Made by a program: the position numbers and the translations under genes. Source: Klebsormidium nitens (taxonomy: Eukaryota > Plantae > Klebsormidiophyceae). Taken from it: DNA of 43,688 nucleotides. Positions 22,001-32,100 of the stretch are shown piece by piece. The notes below the pieces were generated by a model, which was given only the letters and a program-made list of their open reading frames with translations, ran no database searches and was not told the origin of the DNA. The DNA lies in assembly GCA_000708835.1 (NCBI GenBank), contig DF237646.1, positions 1-43,688 of the forward strand, in the 5' to 3' direction. Positions within the stretch are counted from its first letter, which is position 1. Every line of letters starts with the position of its first letter.

Positions 22001-24248
22001 GCGGCTTGGACCACTTTGGACCCACCCTTCCGAAACTGTGTCCTTCAACATGGTTGGACTGCCCGCAGACTTGCAACTGGAGAATTAATTTTCACAAGGA
22101 TCAGAAATTTGTGGGTCCGGTTCTGACCCCTGTGAGCTCTCCGTACGATGCGTGTTAGAGTACGCACCTCGTTGGGCAGCACCGTTCTTGAAGCGGCAGG
22201 TGCAGTTGCGCTCATCCGGCGGAACGAGGCGGTTCCGGTTCCGGTCCTGATGCGCTCTCCGTCCTGAGCGCATCAGTTCGGAGTTCTAGATGTTAGCGAA
22301 CGAAGCAGTGCTTTCCGGTCACGCAGTTCGCTTTCTGAGAGCACGATAAATGCTGGCTGATTACTCGAACGAAGACGTGCTCGCAGAGAAACATGAATGT
22401 TCACAACACCCATAGGTTCTGCACACGCCAACCGTTCAGCGGGATCACCGGGCCCTAATTTGACAGGCATACGTTTCTCAGCGTGCCGTTGTGCAGTGGC
22501 ATTCTGCTGTACGTGGTACTGTAGACGAGGGAGGTTTGCTCCTGGTTCTCGGGTCTCGATTGGGTACAGCTAGTGACGTCCGCACTGCACGTCGAGCCTC
22601 GACCGATCATAGTCCTGCAATCAACACACAACTATCGACACAGTTAGGAAAATTCAAAAGGACTCCAGTGTTACAATTGAACAGCAAGGTGAACGCACGT
22701 CCAACTTAAGCTGTCCTGAGAAATTGAAGTGAACGGGCACGCTTTTGCGACTCGCATATGTGAGATTTCCCGCGTCGGTGGCTTCTGCAACTCATAATCC
22801 TGCGAACGAAAGGATAGGGAATACTTCGAACTGATCCACATGGAGCAGATGCGCAAAAGGTCGATAGCGCCGCTTTCTTGGAGGGGGGAGGCTCACCTGT
22901 AGACTGACGCCTGGTTTGCGTACCCCCCCGGTTGGACATTGACAGCTGTCTCCCTCAGACGCGCCGTCTCCTGGAGCGTCTTACGCGCTTTTTCATACAA
23001 AGCGGGTCGGGGGGGCCGCATCTGCACCAACCAAGCTCAGTCAAAAACTAGGAGGTTCCTTTATACCCTCGTCATGAACGTGACGCACTCGAAGTGTTGA
23101 CCTTGGAAACTAATTCAAACATTCCGACGTAATATCCACCGCCCACTTAGAGCCCCTTCTGCTCTGTTTCTTTTAAGGGAAACTTTTAAACGACGTCATG
23201 AAACACGGCGAAGAAAGATCCGGCGGGAGTTCAGACAATCAATTCGTTTGGACTGGTTCTAGCATGCCGAACGCCTCAAGAGCTTTCATGAGCACATCTA
23301 AATCGATGGGAGCTCGCAGCCATGATCGAGGTCGCCACCTGAGATAGCCAGACGGATGTTGCATAAAGGCCTTTTTCTGTTGGCTCCGTTTAGTGACCTA
23401 AGAAACGTTCTCAAAAACTCGAAGAGACCAGCTCACCGTGTCTCTGTAGTGCGATGTCCGGTGATCCCCCACCGTCGCTGTGGCCAGCCTCTCAAAAGTG
23501 GCACAGTCCGGGCTCTTCTCGAGTCGCTCCGTGCTTCCCTTCGTTGGGGGGGGCAGCGCGGCAAAGGCGGGACAGAAGCCCGTATACCCGGGGATGCCGA
23601 TGTCTGACCGGAAGGACTTGGTGCTCTTGTTACCCCCCTGACCATAACATGTAATTTCACGACTTTAGTTGAGCCACTTTTTGATCAGATTTCTAGGCTT
23701 TTTACAGAACGGCAAAGGCTGGGCAGAATCCCGTATAGCCTGGGATGCTGATGTCTGACCGGCCCGGACTTTGTGCTCTTGTTGACCCCCTGAAAAGAGT
23801 TTGTGATTCCACGAGTTAAGGTTTGGACAAGAGCTCGGCCGCTTAAGCCTCTGAACACTTTGGCACTTAGCATTGTCAACCGGAAGCCACTGTTGCCGTT
23901 GGCAGCTTATCAATGACTTCGTGGTCCTTCTGCCAGCGTCACTCAGCTGTGAGGAGTATGCAACTGGGGGCAGCCTAGCGGTCCCATACGAGAGAACGTG
24001 CCGCGCAGAATCTAGAAGTGCTATAGGATCAGTATCAGAAGCTCTTTCCTCAACAGCGTCAAATCCTGGAAATGCTTGATGAGCCCCATACAGCTCCGGT
24101 AAACAGAAAATTCAAAGGTGTTCACTCAACTTGAAGCCAACAAAAGTGGTTGATTTCTGGTCAAGAAGCTAACCTGACGCACTCCCTTGTGCATGGTGTC
24201 GATTGGTGGGTTCACTCCTTTCCCAATAAGAGGAGGCCCGATAGCCAT
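18981..24248 (-). CDS. Putative axonemal microtubule inner protein with PYG repeats (FAM166/FAP95/FAP129-like motif class), 12 exons, ~411 aa
   Basis: Hand-assembled exons 24248-24174, 23637-23437, 23021-22897, 22830-22741 (or 22756), 22614-22473, 22263-22168, 21748-21660, 21369-21321, 20965-20891, 20566-20474, 20091-19952, 19041-18981. Phases chain without an internal stop (1236 nt). Motifs: IPGYTGFCP, IPGYSGHVP, TPFYSGFRP. The first exon and the 22473-22830 exons are less certain. Confidence 0.72.
19952..20091 (-). CDS. PYG-repeat gene exon 11 (AACNVRPP...AAVAR)
   Basis: ttccag|gcc ... aa|gtaaaa. Confidence 0.72.
20474..20566 (-). CDS. PYG-repeat gene exon 10 (PRNSSTKDTLLY...TPFYSGFRPK)
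   Basis: ccgtgcag|ccg ... aag|gtgagt; high GC3. Confidence 0.8.
20891..20965 (-). CDS. PYG-repeat gene exon 9 (GTVRGTAHIPGYSGHVPKIGGESIQ)
   Basis: ttcgcgtccag|ggc ... cag|gtagct. Confidence 0.8.
21321..21369 (-). CDS. PYG-repeat gene exon 8 (LSNKHVTQSGTSFLDK)
   Basis: tgtgcag|t ... aag|gtaaag. Confidence 0.68.
21660..21748 (-). CDS. PYG-repeat gene exon 7 (VQSVGHERSGTHYMEVFG...)
   Basis: cccgcgcag|gtg; GC donor ag|gcgagt. Confidence 0.7.
22168..22263 (-). CDS. PYG-repeat gene exon 6 (DGERIRTG...VLPNE)
   Basis: gctcag|gac ... gag|gtgcgt. Confidence 0.68.
22473..22614 (-). CDS. PYG-repeat gene exon 5 (TMIGRG...STTYSRM...LRN)
   Basis: gattgcag|g ... aac|gtatgc; phase 2-0. Confidence 0.6.
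22741..22830 (-). CDS. PYG-repeat gene exon 4 (SKYSLSFRSQDYELQKPP...)
   Basis: gatcag|t; donor gc|gtgccc or at|gcgagt; phase 2-2. Confidence 0.55.
22897..23021 (-). CDS. PYG-repeat gene exon 3 (MRPPRPALYEK...ASVY)
   Basis: ggtgcag|atg ... ag|gtgagc. Confidence 0.72.
23437..23637 (-). CDS. PYG-repeat gene exon 2 (GGNKSTK...IPGYTGFCP...TSHYRDT)
   Basis: ggtcag|ggg ... acg|gtgagc; 201 nt, phase 0-0. Confidence 0.8.
23711..23815 (-). repeat. Frameshifted tandem duplicate of the acceptor and 5' half of PYG-gene exon 2
   Basis: 23711-23815 aligns with 23560-23665 (offset 151-152). It keeps ttttcag|gggg and ISIPGYTGFCPAFA but has a +1 insertion. Confidence 0.85.
24174..24248 (-). CDS. PYG-repeat gene exon 1 (MAIGPPLIGK...KGVRQ), tentative
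   Basis: aaaATGg start; donor cag|gttagc (alternative gga|gtgcgt); phase 0. Confidence 0.5.
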
Positions 24249-25658
24249 TTTGAACACTTGTCTAAGCGCCCGCCGCTTTCTTTATTCCAGTACTGCAAGT
24301 AGCCCACCTACGAGTACTGGAAATTTGTTGTTCTCAATGCTGGCTTGCTTACACTCTTGCTCGGAACAGAAACCCCTTACTCTTGCCCCGCTTAGTACGT
24401 TCGGAACCAAGGAGCTTTCAGCCACCGGCCCGAGGCCCCGATGCGGTTGCAAGAAGTGGACTACAAAGTTGAGTTTAATCTGACTCGTTAACAGAGAATC
24501 GGCAGCCTAATTCCTTTGCAGTAGTGTAGCGCGCATCAGGCGCAGGACTATGTCTGTTGGAATTGAAAACTAATCAAGAGTTGCTGCCAAGGCAACATCC
24601 CACACTGGTTATTAAAATGGTCACTACTGTCTGACTGGTATCAGTTCACCATTGACAGAGTCTCCTGCAAGTTTCTTTCTTCTTTCAGAGCGGGTACCCT
24701 GTGCACGCAGTGTGTTCCCTCCGAGGTTCATGACGTGGCTTATGCCCTTCTGTTGCAGAATAGCAGAACAAACTAGATAACGCAGAGGCTACTAATAGCT
24801 GCAGCATTGTACAATGCCAAGCAATGCTTCCCTGTACCCTGATTTCCAAATCAATATGCGTTATTAATGTCAATTTTATGTTTACAGCGATCTTTTTCGT
24901 GGGCAGGCTCTAATGCAGCAGGGCAAACTGTTGCAGTCGTCTCAACCTAACATAGTCTGGACGGTTCATCGTAGGGTACTTTCATAACGTGGCGCTTTTC
25001 CAAGCAACGTACCAAGATCCACCAGCTGAGTGAGTCACCTCATGAGCCCCCTCATTTATCTAAGCAGAATTTCACCAGGCGAATGAGTGGTGAAGACGCT
25101 AGACGCTACCCTGCACATCACATGCCGGCCGGCATCATTGTTGATGACCGACTCGGGGCTTCCCACTGCACAGTGTTACATAGCTAACGTACGATCGAGG
25201 GGCATTGCACCGATCCAACCGTTTCTTGATAGGTTGCTCGTTTGTAACTGCAATCTGAACCGTGCATCTTGAGCTTTGCCGAGCATTGGACGGGTGAAAT
25301 TCGTCAAACAAGTGCATTGCATACAGTGTGGAGGCTTGCACTGCATGCACGATGCATCATGCATTGATGCAAAGTTGACAAGGAATATGCATCTCTAAAC
25401 TCTTTTCAACAGCTCCACGAGCAGCAATTCGCGCGCCCCTTCGTCAAAGCATACGGAATGAGGACTGATGCTTTGCTGCATATTCTGTTTGGGTTGGATG
25501 ATCCCTCTTGGGGCTCTTTTGCGCGCAGCATTGTGCAGGGCTGTGAAGGTCAGAGCACCTGCATTCGAATGACAAGGTTGCACATTAAGAGCGGTGCCAT
25601 GAATGAAACAGAAGGACTTGGCTTCAGTTGGATGAGAGGCTGTTAGGCAGATTCCAAC

Positions 25659-26170
25659 ATGGCGGTCGGCCGAAGCAATGGCAGCCGCTGTTATTCGACT
25701 GCATTGCTGCAAAGGGTGGCGCTCCTGATCCTCCTTACAAACTCCCTGCTGGACACTTGCAACTGGCTCTTTCACCCTGAACCTGCACTGGGATCTCAGG
25801 GTGATCTGCAAGCACGGTTTAGGCCTCTGCAGGGGTTTAGGGTTACGGGAGTCGCCGCCGCGCCAGTCTCCGCCCCCAATGTCTTCTCCTGCACTGGGAG
25901 CTGCTGTCCTCCCAAGCAGTCACCAAAGCTCTGGTCCCCGCAACTACAGAGTGGCCCTGTCAGAACACGCCTCTCGTTTCAGACAGCATTTAGTGACCCC
26001 GCATATGTCAGCAAGTACAAGCTAGCTTACCAGAAGTTGAGAGAGCTGCAAGCGAGCAATGCGAGCGATCCCCGGGGGTGGCTCCAACAGGCCAATGTGC
26101 ACTGCGCTTATTGCTCGAACACGTACGGGATGGACATACATCGCACATGGTTGTTCTTCCCTTGGCATCG
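25659..26170 (+). CDS. PPO: PPO exon 1 (hydrophobic leader, C..CCPP, CuA)
   Basis: HCAYC and FFPWHR; donor cg|gtgagt. Confidence 0.92.
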
Positions 26171-29100
26171 GTGAGTTGTCTCAGTCCTGTTTCCTCCGGA
26201 AGAAATGATTAATCTTCTTTTCTTGTCTATGCTTCCTTGCTCCAATGCCCCCTTCCACAATCGGGAGTTGCCTTTCTTGGCGTTGATCAGCTGTACAACG
26301 ATGTGCCTGCTCCCTTCTCTAGAGTCTGCCTGTACCAAGGTAGTGACCAATCGATGCAGTCTTTCTTTATGTCCTAGCTACCTGCATTTCGTCTTGCCTT
26401 TACTGAAGTTGAAGCTCCAGATCCGAATGCTGCTTTGGCGCACCTTCTTCAGGCATTCATCGTGCAAGTGCATCTTTTACCTGATTTCGATTGTTCCAAA
26501 CCGAGTTTATTTCCTGAGGCGCGCATATACCTGCGTGTGTGGACAAGTGCTGATTTGCTGTGCAAATGCTTGAGGGCTATGCCAGTCCTGGCCTTCCGAG
26601 AGGCTTGTTCAAATAGCAAGCGCATACTGCAAGTGCAGCGCACACTCTGCAAATACCACACCTGCCTTTAGGCGACAAGCAGGCTCCTTGGAAGCTTCAA
26701 GTGGAGACCCCAAGTTTGCACTGCAGTATGGATGCAAGTTATCAGACAGTCAAGAGCATTGCAACTAGTCTGGTTGCAGATTGGATTTCTGCATCACTGA
26801 CATGAGAGACCGACCGCAGCGGCGAGAAAACTCTCCATCTGATTGATTATTTACTCAGTAATCCTTGGGCAGCTCAGCGGGGAACCACAGTAATTTTACT
26901 GATTCTCTGAAAGGAACATATTCTTCGATAATGGCGAGGTGAAGCCGCTTCGAGCAGTGCAGTATGAAGAATCTTCGGACGGTCCTTTATTTCCAAAAGC
27001 GGATCCTTCGGCAGCTGAAGGATACTCCAGGTTATTCACACTGGCGTTGTGGTATTGGGACAATGTGGTGGATTGAAACGGTGTGCAAAGATCTCAGTCG
27101 GATGAATGTGTGAAGTCTCTCCAGGTGGTGCCTGTACTGAATGAGCAGATCCTGGGGCAGCTGATTGGAGACCCCACATTCACGCTGCCGCTTTAGGCGG
27201 GGATGTATGTTCGATTGGCTCAGTGTGATAATCCTCTGATCAACTGGTGTGAATATTCTCCAGGTGGTACCTGTACTTTCACGAGCGCATCCTGGGGCAG
27301 CTGATTGGAGACCCCGCATTCACACTGTCACTTCAGATAGGGATGTCATATCGATTGGATGAGTGTGAAAAAGCTCTGATTGACCAGTGTGAATATTCTC
27401 CAGGTGGTATCTGTACTTCCACGAGCGCATCCTGGAGCAGCGGTTCGGGCACCCCACACTGCCGTTTTTAGACAGGGACGTAATGTTTAAAAACCTTTTG
27501 ACCAGACAAGTTCGAATACTTTTCAGGTGGTACCTTTACTTCCACGAGCGCATCCTGGGGCAACTGATTGGGGACCCCACATTCACACTGCCGTTCTGGA
27601 ACTGGGACAGCGCTGCAGGGCGGGCCATCCCGGCGGCGTTTCTGGACAAGAGCAGTCCGATCTACAATGCAAATCGGAACAATCTCAACAGCCTCATGAG
27701 TCAGGTACGAATTGCTGTTGAGAAACTTCTGATCTTGTTTGAGTACAGGTTGACAGCAGTTGAGAGGACATCGGAGGCCTCTTCTTGAGGCAGCCGGAAT
27801 GTGCACCTATTCGTATCAAGTGGAGCAGTCAGCTTCTTGTCGCAGATTTCTCGCAACGTTTTCCTGAAATTGTGGTTGGCGTTTCATGATCCCGCTGTTT
27901 TCTCAATCAGTCCTGCGAGCTCTCAGCACTGAACTGTGCCTCGAACCAGGTCGCCTAATATCAAGGCAGGCTTTGCAGCTTTCGTGCTTCAGCTCTCCGT
28001 GGTGGATTCTCTTCTTCAGAACGATAACACTACCTCCTTTGACATGCCCTTCTGTCTGGACCTTAGGCCTATTCTTGATTCGTCCTCATTGCGCAATAGG
28101 GTCGTCTGGTGGCAATTATTCCGCCAATCAAACGGCTTGAGTTTTTGGTACGTGCAGATCACCAGCTCATGCAGCATCCCCCAGATGCAGTCCGCGATGC
28201 TAGACGCGCAGACGACATCGCTCTTCCTTGGCAAACCCCCTGGGACCGGAAGTGCAGGTTAGTTGGTAAATCTTCTGTGCCTTCTTTCTTCTTGTGGACT
28301 CCGCGGCCGCAGTCGTTAGAGACTCCGTTTCGGCTATCTATCCTTCTTCAAGACCGCAGCGGCAGGTCAGTCGGTATGTTGAAAAGTCCTGCGTGTGAAG
28401 ATCTCTCTCTTTTTCGTTGTTTCGTTGTTATTCGAAAGGACCATTGGCTTCATTGACCTTTTTCAAATGTTCGTCGTGCAAGGAAAAAAGCACACTGCAT
28501 TCGCAACCTTTATAAAAGCTGGGAACTGGCAGGGTCAGGCTTGTTGCTCGAAACCGACGTCTTTCGTGTATGGTCCTATGTTCAATCTCCCTCAAACAGT
28601 TTTGTCCTCTTTGTCCGTCTCAAAACTCCATGTTAGCGACTCTCATTCACATATACATTGGTCGCACAATATTGATGAATCAACGCCGACAACATGGTAT
28701 CGAGAATGCAGTGCTGAACATTCGGGTCCTTCTTACAGTATCAATCTGTAAGCTCTCCAAGCAGGTCCAGGCTCAACGTTCTGACCTTTCGTCTTGATCT
28801 GGTTTACCAACCGAACTGACTTGATTCCACAATCGCTCCTTGCATTCTTGATCAGGCCTGCTCGCGAGCGTCGGCAAAATGAGAACAGGATCTTTCCTCG
28901 AACTACCCTACGCCCAACTTTGAGGGAGCTCGTGAGGTCGGGAAGCCAACGTCGCTTTCTGTGTGCCACGTCCGGCGTCCTAACGAGGTCCTATCGGACG
29001 CCCTATCCAATACTCTCTCAGCACGCATCAATTACAGGTTCCCTTTTGCGGAGGGACGTGCCGCGGTTTTTCAGATCCAGCCGCTGATCAGACTTTCCGG

Positions 29101-32100
29101 ACTCACTTTTGTCAGAGGGTCCTGTCGAGTTGAGAGTATGCGGCGACCGGCCTTGACTTAATTCGTCATAGATATGGAACCCCTGGAAAAGTTAGCTTAT
29201 ATATCTTGATTTTCAGCTCTAGCGAAGCCTTTGAAATTCTTACTTTCAGGGGGTTCCGTGGAGTTGGGAGTACACGGAGCAGTCCACGTGGCAACCGGCC
29301 TGCAGTCGAGCCCTTACATCGACATGGGGTCTCTGTCCTCTGCCGGGAAAGACGCCCTCTTCTACGCGCACCACCTGAACATCGATAGGCTATGGTGGCT
29401 CTGGCCCCAGCTGCCCCCCGCCGCGAACGGCAACCCGCGCGCGAATCCGACGAGCGCCGACTGGCTTAACTCGCAGTTTGCGTTCTACGACGAGAACGCA
29501 CAGCTGACCATGTAAGTCTGTCTCAGGTTAGAGTCCAAAAAGTTTGTTTCGCAAACGCGAAGTTGTTTTTCCTTTCGTGTGGTAATCAAAAACAGCCCGC
29601 GGTTGATTATGATCTCTGCGTGAACGCGACGAGCATCGAGTAGACCAACTCGCGCACTGCGATCCTGACCGAGGACGCCCAATCCAGTTTGAAGGCTCGT
29701 CTCCTGTTGAGCACCAGGTTCCGGATGTAGACAATTGGATGCGTGTTGTGCTAGTGGTTTTCAGTACTTCGACCTATTTCCATTTCTGGGCTTTTGACAA
29801 GTGGTTGAAGATGATGGATAAAATTTGCGCTTTATTTCTCGAGGGCGGATGAGGATTGGAGGAGATCCAGTACCATGTTTTGGTACCCTCCATTTGTTGG
29901 AGAATCGATACTTTCGAAGAGCTCTGAGCTGCACTTCCTTCTCGAGTCTTCTCAGTTTAGTTCCAGACGATCAGTTGATAGAACATCGTTCCGAGCGTTC
30001 GATCCATACAGTCCAGAATTCGAGCAGATAGTTTCTCAGAACGGCGATTCCATCGATCAGGGGGAAGCCTTCCCGGCTTTTTAATTGACGGGCCAGGTCA
30101 AAAGCTGGCTGCGATTCTAGTTCCCCGCAGATTGAGCTTGTTCCAGACAGCGGTTTGTCTTTCTTGTGTTGAAAAGCTCCTTCTACGCTCTTGAGCTGAA
30201 ACGCCAACGCCTAAGCACGATAATTCTGCGCGCACGAGCACCCAAAGCACTTACACACACCGGCACTCACTTTTCGCCGGCACCAGTCTGAGCGTCCTGC
30301 GCCAAAGCCGTGCAGAGTGTCGGTGAAAGACGCGGCGAACCTGGAGCAGTCCATGGGGGTCACGTACGAAGCCGTCCCAAACGACTGGTACTACGCAGCC
30401 ACTCCGTCACCCTCACCGTCACCGTCCGCCGCACCGTCACTCTCGCCGTCACCATTACCGTCCCCCTCGGCATCACCGTTACCGTCCCCGTCTCCCTCCT
30501 CGTCACCCACACCGTCGCCCTCCAAGTCACCGGTGCCGTCGCAATCTGCCGCCCCGTCACCGTCCGGCTCGCCGGCGCCGTCCGCTTCACAGTCACCTCT
30601 TCCGTCACCTTCCCCGTCACGGCTCGTGTCTCCGTCACCGTCACTCGCACCGTCAGCCTCTACTTCTCCCGCCCCCTCGAACTCGCCGGCCGCTTCGGCA
30701 TCTCCGATACCATCTCCTTCCAAGTCATCCAACCCCTCCCCTTCTCCGATTCCCTCCCCATCTCTCGTTCCCTCCCCCTCACCAGCAGCCTCGAGCTCCG
30801 CAAACCCCAGCCCTAGCGCCTCTGCTTCGCCTTCACCAACTCCGTCATCGTCCGCAACTCCCTCCCCTTCACATTCTGCCAATCCTTCACTTTCCAAATC
30901 ACCTTCAATCTTCGCTTCCCTCGAGCCGTCCTCCTCTCCTCTTCCCTCTGCCCCGAATTCGCCCCTGCCCTCCACATCTAGTTCTCCAGCGCCCTCGGCC
31001 TCCCCATCCCCTTCAAACTCCGCTACTCCGTCCATCTCACCAGCTGTCTCCGCTTCACCCGAACCGTCCTTCTCTCCTCTTCCCTCACCCCTTCCATCCG
31101 CATCTAGTTCTCCAACGACCTCGGTCTCTCCATCTCCTTCGTCGTCTTCTGAACCATCTCCCTCAAGCTCTCCCGCTTCTTCGAACTCCCCCTCACCAAT
31201 TGCCTCAGCTTCGCCTGCGGCTTCCAACTCCCCTCTTCCATCTCCTTCAAATTCACCTTTCCCTTCCACATTCACGTCTCCGGCGCCCTCGATCTCCCCT
31301 ACTCCGTCGTCGTCTTCAGCCCCGTCTCCCTCCAACTCTGTGCCTCCCTCAAACTCCCCCTCGCCAATTGCCTCTCCTTCGCCTGCGGCTTCCAACTCCC
31401 CCCTTCCATCGCCCTCGACTTCACCTTTTCCTTCCACATCTAGTTCTCCCGCGCCCTCGGTTTCCCCAGCTCCTTCGAACTCTCTGCCTCCGTCAAACTC
31501 CCCCTCACCAATCGCCTCTGCTTCGCCTGCAACTTCCAACTCCCCTCTTCCCTCCACATCTAGTTCTCCCGCCCCCTCGCTTTCCCTAGCTCCTTCGTCT
31601 TCACCCGTTCCCTCGCCTTCTAACTCGCCCAATCCTTCCACTTCTCCTTCCCCAGTTCCCTCAACCTCTCCGTCACAGTTGCCGGTTCCATCTCCCTCAG
31701 GCTCACCTCTTCCAAGCCCCTCGGTATCTACTTCCCCGGCAATCTCCCTTTCTCCATACCCTTCAATCTCCGCCACCCCGTCCCCCTTCAACTCTCCCTT
31801 CCCATCTAATTCGCCCTCGCCAGTTGCTTCGTCCTCACCCGCGCAGTCAAGCTCTCCCCTTCCGTCACACTCTGCGTCACCAAAATTCAGCCCCCCGGTC
31901 TCCCCGTCTCCAAACCCCTCCCCCTCGCTCCCTCCTTCTTCTTCTTCGACACCATCCCCTTCAAGTTCTCCTGTTCCATCCCCGTCTAACATTCCCTCTC
32001 CATCAGCTGCGCCTTTCATTTCCCCTTCCCCTAGCGCTTCATCAGCACCTCCCCCTTCCGTATCTCCGCACCCCTCGGTTTCGGCTAACTCCTCCCCTAA

